Shown piece after piece: positions 25,601 to 38,985 of a DNA stretch of 64,000 bases. Made by a program: the position numbers and the translations under genes. The stretch covers positions 38,328,241 through 38,392,240 of the forward strand of contig NC_057723.1 in the NCBI RefSeq assembly GCF_004010195.1. The letters are read 5' to 3'. The notes below the pieces were generated by a model, which ran no database searches, had not been told where the DNA came from, and worked only from the letters and a program-made list of their open reading frames with translations. Source of the DNA: Chiloscyllium plagiosum. Its lineage: Eukaryota. Within the stretch, counting starts at the first letter, position 1, and each line of letters starts with the position of its first letter.

Positions 25601-28600
25601 GTCAACACTATTATATGAAAATTTAACATTAAATGCGAGCGAGATGGTTAACAATTAATTTAAAACAAGAAAGGAGCAGTTTTCTTTGGTCATCTTTTAC
25701 TGAAAATGTTTAAAATTTAAATACCTCATCTAATCCAATCACCAGCTTATTATACATCAAATTCAAACACAATTAAACTTCTTTGTAACTAAATTAGTGG
25801 TGTTACAATGCCAAATGAGTGATCAGTATATTAGGTTGCTAAACATATAATGCTGAATTTATTATAGTAAATTTCATGTATTTTATAGCTAAAATTTAAA
25901 CCTCTGTCACTTAATTTATCAAACAGGAAACAGTTTGGTTTATTTTTTTAAAAAACAGGAAATTCTTCATTAACAAAGGGAAAATTTGTTAATCATTGCT
26001 CATGATTTGAACAGTCAAAACTGCAATGTGAACAGTTACTTGTGAAGAACTGTATTAGATAGATAGCTCCATCAGTTTCAAATCACAGATCACATGAAGG
26101 AGACAAACCCTATCTCAACTCGTGTGTTTGTTTTCAACTGGATCACCAAATGGTTTTGTTTGGTATTGCTACACCTGAGGAAATGGGACCACTTAATGTG
26201 AGTATTACAAGAGGAAGGTAGCCCAAGAGTTTTAGGGACCCAAGTCTTAAACTGTAATTGATACAACTGGTTTGTAGTTAAAGCGTATCCATTGTGGTTA
26301 GATCAGGGGGAGCAATTTTCACATTCCCATAGAAGATCCTAACAAAATATTTAAATTACTATTAAATATACTTTTTAAATAAGCACAGCAGTTAACTGTA
26401 CTCACATCATTAATGAGTCTAAATCAAAATTAGATGTTTTGCAGCTGTATGGCTCATCCTTCCAACAGATGTTAAAACCACCAATTTGAAAAAGGAATTT
26501 CGGTTAATGTAGTCTCCGGGAACATTTGTAAACAAATTATGTACCAATAATAAAAGAAAAAAGCTAGGCTAAATTGAGCTGTGCACTACAGTGGGCCCTT
26601 AATGATCACTGCTCAAATTATTTGAAAATGCGTATGCAGCAATGTATTTTGCATTCCAAGAAAAGGCCAATCACTAAGGTCAACGGGCACTGCAACAGTA
26701 TATCTCTCAGACCATACATCGGCTTACAATTCCAGCTGATGCACTTGTGGAAGTGCTTTACACACTAAGCATCCTCAATTACAGAAGAAAGTGTTTAAAT
26801 ATAGTATGGAGGTATCTAGAACAGTTCCACCAAATGATCTGAGATCACTGTTCAGATCACCAATGAAATTGCTCAAGTGTCTTCAAGCCCTCACATCTCA
26901 GGAACTCCTGGTTGGTAAATATCTTCAAATACAAATGAGGATAGGAGAAGGTCACTGCAGAATGTAAAGAGTAGTCCTAGATAGTAAGGCATGTCAATTC
27001 AGCAGTAGCTATCATTAAGATGTCTCTAAATACTAATATCCACTTACTATTTTATAAAATAACATTCTCTTTTACTTGAAAAAACTAAGCACATCTTCAC
27101 CTGGTTTCATACACTAAAACCTATTGAGGAATGCTACATCGCTGCATTTGACAGCTTATCATACAATTTTATTAAGACTGAGTTAACCACAAAAAATGTC
27201 CTTTTTAATCACTGGATACCTTGACAGACACACTCATCACCAGGATTATGGCTCTAAATCTTACTCTTATGAAATCTACACAGGTAACATAGCTGATCAC
27301 ATCCCTGCAAGGAATAACCACAATTATCTAACAGTCCTGTGGGAGAAGTTTAGGATAAGCCAAGAGACCCTCTCCTCCTTTTGTCTAACCTAACCACTGA
27401 AGTTCAGCTGTATACTCTGCTAGTGCCATGTGACCGTTCTAGTTATATTCCAGAACATTATGTTTCTCTCCGATGTCATGTGAGAAACACTAAAATTAGG
27501 GCAACATTTGCAATGTGTTACATCATACAGAATGCCTGCCTTCCCACAATTCTTCCCTCCATTTCCTGCCCACTTCGAGGTGTCTCAGAAATCAAGACAC
27601 AGGTTTTGGCATAAAACTGAGTCTTGGAAGGTTGATTCTTTTCCATTTTTCCCTGATCATATTGGAGACAAAGATCTTACTTATATTCCATAAAGCCTTC
27701 CAAAGGAGGATTGTCTTAATCACTAGCTGACAGGCACAGATTTAAGGACAGCCTACACAACTGCCAATATCAGAAGCAGCATGAAGAACAGTAAAACTGA
27801 TATGTGCTACTGCTGCTTTTCAGATTGTGAAAAAACCACCATGCCTCAGACTGAGGTGTGGAGCTTCAGTGAAAACTGCTCGTTTCTCTGTAATATAAAC
27901 CATACTGGGTATAAATCTTAGACGCAAGTGAAGTCTTATACTCTACTTTAGTGCAACACTATCAACTATCCTCAACAGGACCTTAAAAATGTACATCTTC
28001 AAATGTGATGAAATGTTCCAAAGCGCTTCACAGGTGATCATATAAAAATGAATGCCAAACCAAGATGATGAGGCAATTAAAATTTTCTTCAACACACGGA
28101 TCAAGTTATTGATAATGGGGAGGTTTCAGTTTCCACCTCAGCTGCAGCCACTGGGTTTCAGCATGTTGAAGGAACTATATAGGACAGCAGCAATATACAT
28201 AGCATTTTGATACTGTAGACATCTAAACTGAATATGATAAATCAGACTTTCATCAGTTGCTCAATCTAGGCCTCAGTCAGAGACCCTATCTGCCCCCCCC
28301 CCCCAAAATGCTGAAAGTAGCCATAGCCTCCTTCCTTACAACTATGTGTCCTTTGTTTCACAAATCAACCCCAAACATCATTTCTAGATCTCTCAAGTAG
28401 ATTAGAGGAAAGGTTTTAGTAATCTCAGGACCTAAACACATGAAGGAAAACTTCCTGTTCATACCTCATAGAATCCATTTTTCCTTACTAACAACAGGAG
28501 TTTGAGGCCAAAACAAAATCCAATACTCAACACAATCCAGACGAAGATGGTATCTCGTGCTCTGTATGCAGGTCAAAAAGTAAATAGGACAGTCACCTCA

Positions 28601-28845
28601 AAAGTCCTAACACTGCTCTATGACATCTAATGAAATTGTCTTCTGGTTAAGCCATGGTTTGACATAAGCAGCATTTTTTCTGGGGGTGGGGGGAGGGGAA
28701 GGAGGAAGAAGAACAAGGAGGAGAAAACAGATGTCATTGTCATGGGAGATCAACTTCTTAAAAAGCTTTCACAAGTGCCTGCAACACCCTCAGGTATCCC
28801 ATTAATTTAAATGACATTGACAGCGAGACTGCATGTGATGGACAG

Positions 28846-29176
28846 TAGAATCATAGAATTTCTATGGAAACAGGCCATTCGGCCCAATAAGTCCACACCA
28901 CCGCTCCAAAGAGCATCCCACCCAAACTCATCCCCCTTTCTCTATTCCTGTAACCCTAATATACACATTTCTGGATACTATGGGCAATTTAGCATGGCTA
29001 ATCCACCTGACCTGCACATCGTTGGACTATGGGAGGAAACTAGAGCATCCAGAGGAAACCCACGCAGACACCAGGAGAATGTGCGAACGCCACAAAGAAC
29101 CGCTCAAAGCTGGAAGTGAATAGGGGTTCCTGGAGCTTTGAGGCAGCAGTGCTAACCACTGAGCCACCATGCTGCC
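28846..29176 (-). mobile_element. HE1/V-SINE-type SINE
   Basis: Same head (ggcagcagtgctaaccactgagccacc) and tail (ggaaacaggcc.ttcggcccaa) as 12593-12914. Confidence 0.9.
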
Positions 29177-30044
29177 TTAAGATATCTCCTAATTGGATGA
29201 AGTTTAGTGAGTCTCTTAAGTACCTTCATTAGGAATCTTGAATAAACTTAAAAAGACATAGGGACGTACTCCCATCGTTTCCTGCTTCATCATGGAAACT
29301 GAACAAGGTTCTAGGTCAGAATTCTTCTGACAATCTATTAATACAATATAGGTGCACTCAGTTTTGGAATACTAATTGCATAGGAAGTAAACTACACTAA
29401 ATATTTCTCATAAGCCAATACTTTGATTATTCCATGGACTTCCCAAGAACATTATGTAATGACCCAAAGAGCCTCATTACAGTGACATAAGCAACGTTAA
29501 GCTTGAGTATTTTTTATTTCACTTTGAACTCAAATTATAACTACTACTTAACTATTAAGGGCATGTTATTCTCAAAATAGTCAATTTCCTATCCCCTCAA
29601 CACAAAAGCAAAACAAGCTGACATTCCTCACATTAAACTCCACTACCATTAAAACTTTTGCCCCTATATTCTACCTTTTGGAATTAGATATGAAATTGAT
29701 GATCAGTTAAAAATCCAGGAAACTATTATCACAAGTAAGTAATTTTATTTTCAAGGGACACAAATAATATCTGAACTGTTAGTTACACATAGGGGTTTTA
29801 AACAAATCATGCAAAGAAAATTGAAACTGAAAACTAAACTTGCCTCCTGAAACCATGTGCTTAAATTACAAAAGTAAATAGACTTGTTACAGGTATCATT
29901 TTTACTTCCTACATGTTCCTTCAGTGTGGTTTCTTTGAGGGTCAGGTTGTCTAAGAGACAGAAGTTGGCAGGAAACTATATACTTAATCCACTGCACATC
30001 AACTTCCTCCTTTAATCAATAAAAAACAAATAAAAGAATCTCAC

Positions 30045-30147
30045 CTTTATTAATGACAGAAAGCGTAGCTCCAACATTGGCTGGAGACTGGTCAGGCTCC
30101 TGGGGTGGAACTACCATGGCAAGTGCTTGTACTGGTACTCTGGGAAC
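30045..30147 (-). CDS. ANKHD1: ANKHD1 exon ~14 (103 nt): VPRVPVQALAMVVPPQEPDQSPANVGATLSVINK(G)
   Basis: ttttcttag|GT acceptor, AAG|gtgag donor; conserved MVVPPQEPD motif. Confidence 0.94.
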
Positions 30148-33100
30148 CTAAGAAAAACAATTCATTGAAGACCAAGAACACAGTAGTCAAAGTCTCACAC
30201 TCATGCCCGTAAATGACACCTAGTTTCAGTTATAACTTTTATTCATATTGAAATACTAAATTTTTAATAAAACACACAGGCATAAAAACAAAGAATTTCC
30301 CCTACAAAACAGTTGTATGTGCTAGTCCCATTCCTGTGCACTCCATAGCCCTGGAAATTTTTACCCATCAAGTACTTCTCTATTTCACTTTCAAATTAAC
30401 AGCGAGTTTTCTTTCGCCACCTTTCAAGTACTGCATTCAAATAATAAAATTAATCTCTTCGGATTCTTGTTAATTACCTTAAATCTGCAATCTTTGGTTA
30501 ATGACCCACCTGTCACCTAATGCTTTTGAACTTTTCGATCAAAACTTGGCTAACCTTCCCTGTTCCAAGGGAATAATCCCTCCTCTTCATTTCTCAATGT
30601 AATGGAACCAATCTAATAAATGCCCTCTGACTTTCTCAATTGACATCAATCCTAACATTTAGTGCTGAGAATTGAGTAGCGTACTTCAGCCAGAGATTTG
30701 GGACAAAAAATTATATTTTACCCTTTGGCTTTCATATCCTATGTCACAATTTTTAAAACCAAACAGACTTCCCAAGTATTTAAACTATCTTCTCAGCTTG
30801 TCCTGCACTTAACATACTTGTATGCATGCGCTCCTGAGATTTGTTTCTTTTAAACTGTACCATTTAGCTTATATTGCTTTATTTTTCCCTAATAAATTAC
30901 ATCAATTGTCATCTACAACATTGCCCCGAATCGGTTATTGTCCACTGTGCCATTACTTCCGAACTCCATGTGAGCTGCAAATATTGAAATTTTCCTCTGC
31001 ATAGTCAACTTTATTAATTTACGTCTAAAAGAGTAGTGGTCTTAACACTGACCCATGAGGAAACCTTTCTTTTCAGTCTGAAAACAAATACAGACCATAA
31101 CATTGTGTTTTATGTCCCTTAGTCAATTATGTGCATGCAGAGTCTTTGCCCTCCTAATCCTGCAGGTTTGAATTTTGCCAAGCAGTCCAATGTCAAACTT
31201 CATCAATATCCAATGTCTTTTTCAAAGTCCACAGCAGTCATATTACATTCATCAACCTCCTCCATTATTGAACACAATTTAGTATGATTATGGCTTAATT
31301 TTGGGCTTTAATTCCACTTTCCAGCACACTGCCCTTGATTCCACTGTACCAAAAGTTGCCTATCCCAAATTTAAGAGTATGCAACGATAAAGGATCTAAA
31401 TACGTAGGGAGTTAGAAAATTCCAGTGATTCATAAGAAAGGAAGAAATCTTCAGATGATTGGTCATTAAACTTGAGATTATGACCTCATGTTCTTGATTC
31501 CTCAACAGAAATAATCTGCTTCTATATCAAGATAATAGTTCATAAACTCCTGTTTCAAAAAGGCTGCCTCTCAAGTCTTCTAAACTTCAGAATATATTTA
31601 CTCAGCCCATTATAGGACATCACCTCATCCAGTCATCAGTTTAGTGAAACTTTACCACTCTGCCTCCAAAACACGTTTATGGTGATTCCTTAAAAAAATG
31701 AAAAATAAAATTGCAACCGTATTTTAGTTCTGCTCTCACCAATATCTTATACAATTGTAACAAAATATCTTTATTTCTGCACTTGCAAACTCAGAGTAAT
31801 GCCACTATACTTTATAATTGCTTGCTGTAGCTACATATCACTGTGCATTCCTTGTGCACATCCATATAACTCATATACATCCACATTTACAAGGTGCACA
31901 TCTTTTAAAATCTGCTTTTCTCTTCACGCAACCAAAATAACCTGACACTTGACTATGGTATACTCTACCTGTCAATGCTCCCTTACTTAACCTGTCTACA
32001 TTTCTTGGTCGCCGGTATTCTCCCCACTGCTTACCTCACGTCAAGATAGAGACAAATGATGTAAAAGATATAGCAGAAGTACGTCACCGAGCAACATTCA
32101 GGTCTCAGGATTTTATGGTTATTATCACAGGAGGAATCCAGCTGATGACCATGACTCAGTGGAAGGGCAACTTTGCAATGCACAAGTGTTAGATGTTTCT
32201 AACCCATTCAGGAAGACAGCACATGCAAGAGGTAGGCCTTGTCATTTTAAAAACATGGAAAGCAATGGCTAATGTCACAGACAAAAACAGCAGCTGGTTT
32301 TTGGCATGAAGCTGCAATGACTTAAGAGTTATCACAAACCATGACCTTTCAGTCCAACATCAAGAGCACTTCCTACTCTTGAAGATATTAAAATATAACA
32401 ACAGAGTATGTGGACAAAATTCTTGAGTCTGTATCAGTGCAAAGCCCTTAAAGAGTAGGGTGGTTCTCCAATGCCAAGTATATCTCCCTTTATTCCAAAG
32501 GAGTTGCTGTACATCTTATTGATGAATGAGGCAGTCACTTGTAACAAAGGCGGCACTACCTGGCTCATCATATCCATGTCAATTCACTATGGAGCTACCC
32601 AGTTGATCACATTCCTCTGTTCTAACCCCTTAACACAAAGCTGATTCTCTTCAAGTCCTTTTGAAATGATGAATGGTATCTGTTACCAACAACCTGCGGG
32701 TAGAGAACTGGTTAATTACTACTTAGTGCTCAAGAAAGTTTATGCCCCTTGCATACCTTGCCCAAAAACTATGAATTTGCATTCTGATGGTTGAATGATT
32801 AAGTTAATTTAAAAGTTATTCCCAAAACAATTTTATTCACCTCTACAAATTTCCCCTCAACTTCATTTGCTTTGAGAACAATCCAAGATTATTGTTCACT
32901 TCCTCTGTTGAACGTGAATTAAGATTGGCCATTTTCTGTGGTCATTCCATTAAAAGGCTTCATCATGCTCTATAACAGTTCCACAAGAAACTTTATTGCA
33001 ATTACCGCATACAGTTTAATATAACCTTCTGAATGAAGTCACTATTTAAAGTTTTAAAGATGTACAGTCTGCATTAGTGTTCAATGGACATCAATGCAGT

Positions 33101-34071
33101 TCAACAACACATGTTTAATCGAGCAATAATCATTGAGTTTAGCACTACAACTTTTCTTTCGTGTCACTGTTGCAGGTCTGTTTGTCCATCTCTTTATCAA
33201 AGTTTTAAGGCACAACAATAAGTTTCACTAGTGAAGAAGTTGATTTAGCAATGTACAGATGGACTTTAACTGTTTATATTGATCCATAATGCGGTATTTA
33301 TGGAGAAATGCCTAGAACATATTTATGTGCTTAGTTGAAAGTTTCTTTGTCTCTTTACTAGACTGAATCCAGTTTGTTTCCGTTATTCATCATTTAAGTT
33401 ATATTTTCACTTCAATTCATAAAATCTTAGAATGGTATGGCACACAGGTGGTGGTCACAGTGTCAAACACATTTGTGCTAACTCTTTTAAAAAGCTGCCT
33501 ACTTAGTTCCAACATTCTGCTCTCCTTGTTTCTTTTCTTGCCTTCAAGTATTTATCCAATTCTCTTAACTATTTTGAATAAATTTGCTTCCACTACTCTT
33601 TCATAACTCATGGCACAAAAATTTGTGTCACATCACATCTGCTTTATTTGCCAGTTTAAATCTGTACACTGTGGCTACTAATACTTCTGCACTGCAAATA
33701 GGTTTCTTCTTATGCAACACTGTTTGAATTCCATCTTCATCTGTCCTGGTCCAAGAAGAACAATTCCGAATTTCCCAGATTTTGTATGTAATTAAAATCT
33801 CTCACCCCCAGTAATGTTCTAACGGCATGCTTGATTACGAGGGTATTTGATTTACTCCATTTACAATACTAAGTTAACACAGATGATAGTTAGAATGAAC
33901 TGCAAACTTGCCTGTAGAAATATAACCAACTATTCAACTAAAATTTCTAGCCTCCCAAGTCTGCATGTGTGCTTGAAAAACAGATGACAGGCTTTCACAT
34001 TGATCTGAATTAAAGTTGATGTCGAAAATTTTGGTGAGGTGCTGCAAATCAGAAATAACAGAAAAACTCAC

Positions 34072-34215
34072 CTGAGATTGGTCATGTGAAGGTGGTGTGA
34101 GCTGAGCCACATCTGGTCCTGGAACAGGCAGGATATTGTTTGGGTAGTCTAACAAGTACGAAACCACATTTGTATGGCCTCCTTTAGCAGCTTCTATGAG
34201 CATGGTGGAACCATC
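34072..34215 (-). CDS. ANKHD1: ANKHD1 exon ~13 (144 nt): DGSTMLIEAAKGGHTNVVSYLLDYPNNILPVPGPDVAQLTPPSHDQSQ
   Basis: Overlaps ORF 33934..34203; cttag|GAT acceptor, CAG|gtgagt donor. Confidence 0.96.
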
Positions 34216-34345
34216 CTAAGAAACACAAAATTAAGTTAGCTATCCTTTCTCAGAAAAGGAATTTTCTAGAATGATATTTGCTTTATCCAAGTTTTATATC
34301 GTTTACAATCTTACAAAAATGACTTGTGCAGCAACTTTTCAATAC

Positions 34346-34473
34346 CTTTAATCGATGTGTTGGATCTGCTCCATGTGCCAAAAGGAGTTCAACAACTGCG
34401 AGGTGTCCTCCTGCACATGCTAACGAGACCACTGTGTGGTCATTGTTAGCTGTAGCTCTGTTGACATTCGCTC
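34346..34473 (-). CDS. ANKHD1: ANKHD1 exon ~12 (128 nt): (G)ANVNRATANNDHTVVSLACAGGHLAVVELLLAHGADPTHRLK
   Basis: Lies within ORF 34283..34534; ttcag|GA acceptor, AAG|gtatt donor. Confidence 0.96.
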
Positions 34474-34789
34474 CTGAAAAGACAAAGTTAAAGCCTAGTT
34501 GGTGTGAAACAACTGGGTCTTGACTGTATTGCAAACTACATATTTTGCATTAGTTTTAGTATTACCATGAACACCCTTCAGTTAGGGTACAATAACTTCT
34601 AATATTTCAGATATTCAATTAAAAACTTATATTCTGATGCTACAGGAAGGATGAAGAAAGGGAAAACCACATCTACAGATCCTCCTTTTGGCTACATACC
34701 TCTAGTAGATCCACTAAACTCAAAGTGAATAATGCAATGTGTCATCATTGCTTCAAAAGACTGAAGAGACTATGCAAAAATCTAGCAGA

Positions 34790-37700
34790 TTACAATTAGA
34801 AAATCATATTACGAGCAAGAGTCAAGAGGATTTTTTTGAAGGGTAAATCATAATTAATTAATGCGTTTTTGAGGATGAAACAATCAAAGTGAGTAAAGGA
34901 GAACCAGATATAGTGTGCTTGCATTGCAAAAGGTATTTGTTGAAATGGTATAATACATTACTACACAAGATAGCAGCTCAATAGTGTTTGGAGGTGATAC
35001 ATGAGCACGGATAGAGGTTTGGTTTACTGACAGGAAACAAAGGATCAGGATTCAATTTGGCAAACTCAATTAATGCCATGCAACAGGAATCATTGCTGAG
35101 GTCTCTATTTATAATTGACATTTACAACTTAGATGAAGGCGCTGTAGCCAAATTTGCTAATATAAAAGATAGCAGGAAACCAATTGAAAGGCGGATACAA
35201 AAAGTCAAACCTGGGAGGTGGCAGTGATAGTGGTGTATAGTGGTAATGTCACTTGACTAGTAATCCAGAAGCCTGGGCTTCAAATCTCAACATGACAAAC
35301 AGTGAAATATGAACTCAAATGGAATTAAAAGTTAACCTAATATTGACCATGTTATCATCGACAGTGGTTAATCCTAAAAACCTACCTGGTTCACCAATAT
35401 CCTCTAGGAAAGCAAATCTGGCATTCTGACCTGGTCTAGCCATTGGAGACACTCCAGGCTCTCTAATGTGGATAGCTCTTAGCTATCCTCAGAAATTGCT
35501 CATTATAACATGTTTGTCTCCAATTTTTACAAATTCTAACGAAAGGAATGAAATCACAGATCACCTTAAGTCAACCTAAGCAAGAGAAACAACAGCAGCA
35601 AACAATCCTGTTGACCCTGCAAAGATTTCCTTTCCAACAAATGGAAACTTGTGCCAAAATCAGGAGTGTTTGGCCACATACTAGTCAAGAAACAATCTCA
35701 TGGAATCAAAGCTTACAGACAATGCCCGAGACATCATCTTCCCTGGGTATGTCCAAGCAGTAGGACATATGTACCGGAGGTGGCAGCAGAGAGAGATACA
35801 TTTGGGAAACTTTCCCTGTTGAGTCCTCAAATCTGAACCCCATGGAATCTTTCCCACTCCAGTGCAGATGCATTGGTCCAGGACAGCATCAGTACAGTAG
35901 GTATAATCACTTCAGTTCTGCCAGAGACAAAAGCCCCATCTTCACTTTGAGGATACCATCCATAATCTCCATGTTGTGTGCCACTACAACTATGACAAAT
36001 GGAACACACTGAACAGATACAGCAACTAAAAGCTGAGCATCTGAAGCACTGTGGGTGGTCAGTATAACTGTATTCAACACTTGATGGCTCAGTAAATTTG
36101 TCACTCTACTCCCAGCAAAGCCAGGGGATCAACTCTCATGCCATGAAGTGTGCAAAGTACATGCAGGAGCAGCAACAGGTATACCTAAAATTGAGGTGTC
36201 AACCTGTACTACCTGCACACCGAACAATGGAAATAGCTTCCAACAGATAGGGCTAAGTAATTGTACAACCAATCTGAAAACACCCAGCCAAGATTGGTAG
36301 TGGTCAATTAAACAGTAAGTGAAAGCCCCACAAATATTCCCATCCTCAATAACTGGGGAAGAGATTCAATTATTTGCATCCATCTTCAGCCAGAAGTCCG
36401 AATGTATGGTCTATCTTGGCCTTCTTCTGAGGTCTCAAGCATCACAAATACCAGTCTTCAGTCTTTTCAATTCATACAGTCAATGTCGCACAGCACAGAA
36501 GAGGCCTTTCTGCCCACAAGATGTCAAGAAAAAGCTGAAGACACTGTATACTACAAACGCTGTAGGCCCTGACAAGATTCTAGACACAGTACTGAAGATC
36601 TGCTCAAAAACTTGCCATTCCATGAGCCAAGCTGCTCTGACTTAATTTGGAAAACTGCCCAGTAATATACAGCCCGCAAAAAGCCATATGAATCCACACT
36701 GGCCAATTATCACAGAGGGAAGAAAGGGGCTGTCAATGGCACTATCAAGCATGCAAATATAAAGAAATAACTGACTCAATGTCACTCAGTTTGGGTTTAA
36801 CCGGACTTATCAGTTGCTTGTCATCATAGCCTTGGCCCAAACCTGAACAAAAGAGCTGAACTCCAGAGGTGAGTGTAACTACGTCAACATCATGCTGCAT
36901 TTAACAAGAGTACAGCATAAAGCAACCCTAGGAAAACTGGAGCTAATGGGAATCAGGAAAGAAATCTCCACTGGCTGGAGTCATACCTAGCAGAAAGGAA
37001 GATCTTTGATGGAGGTCAATCATCTCAGTCACAGATCTATATAACAGGAGCTTCTCAGGGTAATGTTTGAAGCATTTCTTCAAAGACCTTCCCTCCACCA
37101 TAAGATTAGAATTCAGGATATTCAATGATTGCATAACGCTCAAAGGCATTCATAACTACTTAACTACTGAAACAGCTCATGGCCATATTTATCAGATCCT
37201 GAACAACATCGACGTTTGGACTAAGTAGCAAGTAATGCTCATGCCACACAAGTGCTGACAATTGCCATTTCTAAACAAGAGAAACCATCTCCACTTGCCA
37301 ACCAATGACATTTCGATCAACATCTTGGTCACCCTGCAGCAGTGACCAAATCTCCTCCTGTCTTCCCAATGCCTGTGAATGATCAATAAGGCACAATTTA
37401 GCAGTGTGGTGAAAAATCTTCTTGCTTTGTTTGGATAAATGCAGTTCTAATTTCACTCAAGTAGTTTGACATCATATAGAACAATTGGCTGGCACTCGAT
37501 CCATCAGCTTCAACATTTAATTCTTTCACCATCAATGCTCAATGATAGCAATGTATGCTATCTACAAGATGCACTACAGTAACTCATCAGGCTTCTTGAA
37601 CTGCATTTTCCAATGACCTCTCCAGCTTAGAAAGACTAAGCCAGCTGATGCATGACCACATCACTACATGCAGGTTCCTCAAGTCACAAACCATCTGGAC

Positions 37701-38310
37701 TTGGAAATGTATTCACATCTCTTCACTGTTGCCAGCGCTGTGGTGTCCCTACATTATGAAGGTTGCGGTGATTCAAGTAGCCCGTCACCACCTTCTACAC
37801 ATTAGAGGTAGTCAATAAATTCTTGCCTAGCAAGTGATACCCATATTCTCTAAAATTTAATAAAAAGACATATTAAGAGGGCGAGCAAAAATTTCAGAGT
37901 GCATATGGTGGGAAAATGAGAACTTGTCCACTTTGGCAGGATCAACAGATAAACAACTTATTTACATTGAGAGACTACAGAATGCAGTAGCACAGGGTGG
38001 CCTTGCATATGAATCACCACAAGATTGTGTGCTGGTATAGCAATTATGAATACAAGTGAATGCTAGCTTTTATTGCAATGGCTTGGTAGGATAGGTTGAG
38101 CAGATCGATGCTATACTAATTGGAGCTTTAGAAAAGCAAGATATGAACTTGCTGAAACAGAAGGTTTGAAGGGTGCTTGACAGTTGCAGATTCCAAATGA
38201 CTAGAAACATTGAAGGCATAATGTGTTCAGAAATAAGAGGTCTCCCGTTTAAGATGGAGTGGCAAAATTTTGTTCCTTGGAAGGTCATTCGTCTTTGGAC
38301 TTCTCTTCTC
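34790..38310 (+). mobile_element. Old CR1 fragment (34790-35205, resuming ~37865-38310) interrupted by a SINE-headed LINE
   Basis: RT remnants (QQESLLRSL, AKFAN) before the insert and CR1 C-terminal remnants after it. Confidence 0.6.
35215..37865 (+). mobile_element. Decayed LINE (APE endonuclease + RT) beginning with a tRNA-derived SacSINE-like head
   Basis: Head ggtgtatagtggtaatgtcacttgactagtaatccagaagcctgggcttcaaatctc. APE N-terminal remnants (LVPK..E...LVK; PGYV...GGG) from ~35620. RT remnants (LESYLAERK; GASQGNV) ~36970-37130. Tail caccaccttct...caataaattcttgcc. Confidence 0.65.
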
Positions 38311-38465
38311 AGGCTTTGCCCAATAAATCAACCCAATGATCAATTTGTGGAGTGCAACATACACAATGTGCATATCATGGATTAACAATTATAATCTCAG
38401 GTTTATACAGCTGTGAGCAGTGCAACATTTTAAAACATTTTACAGGACGAAAAATGAAGGCTCAC

Positions 38466-38553
38466 CTTTGCTAATAAGGAACTGTACTGTACACAAATGG
38501 CCAGCTCTTGCAGCTTTCATCAAGGGTGTCCTCCCACCTTCAGATTCATGTTC
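38466..38553 (-). CDS. ANKHD1: ANKHD1 exon ~11 (88 nt): EHESEGGRTPLMKAARAGHLCTVQFLISK(G)
   Basis: ttaag|GAA acceptor, AAG|gtgag donor; read manually on the minus strand. Confidence 0.95.
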
Positions 38554-38875
38554 CTTAAAAAAGGAAGAAAACTTTTGCAACCTCATAAAAGTGGTTTTGG
38601 GTTCTAATGAAAGGATTCAAAAACTAGAATTCTAATCAGTTTGTACACAGTGAAGTTCAAAATCTTATTTAAAAATTACTAGCATGCTTCAATATAAAAC
38701 CTAATAAATTTATTACATAACTAGGCAGAAAAATTATTATTTGAAATAAGTTAAAATCACAGTATTGAATACTTGCTCGTAAAGGTTTAAATATATATCG
38801 ATTGTGGTTATGGAAACCACCATATTTGCACGTGTTAATTGGTGCAATATACTGCCACAAAATAGTGATTCTTAC

Positions 38876-38985
38876 CAAATCAGCTCCTGCTTGTAAAAGA
38901 ACATCAGCGACATCAGTGTGTCCATTTTCACAGGCATATGTTAAAGCTGTATCCCCTGTAGCTGTAGTGGCATGTACGTTTGCTC
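38876..38985 (-). CDS. ANKHD1: ANKHD1 exon ~10 (110 nt): (G)ANVHATTATGDTALTYACENGHTDVADVLLQAGADL
   Basis: Lies within ORF 38669..38998; gttag|GA acceptor, TTG|gtaag donor. Confidence 0.96.
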
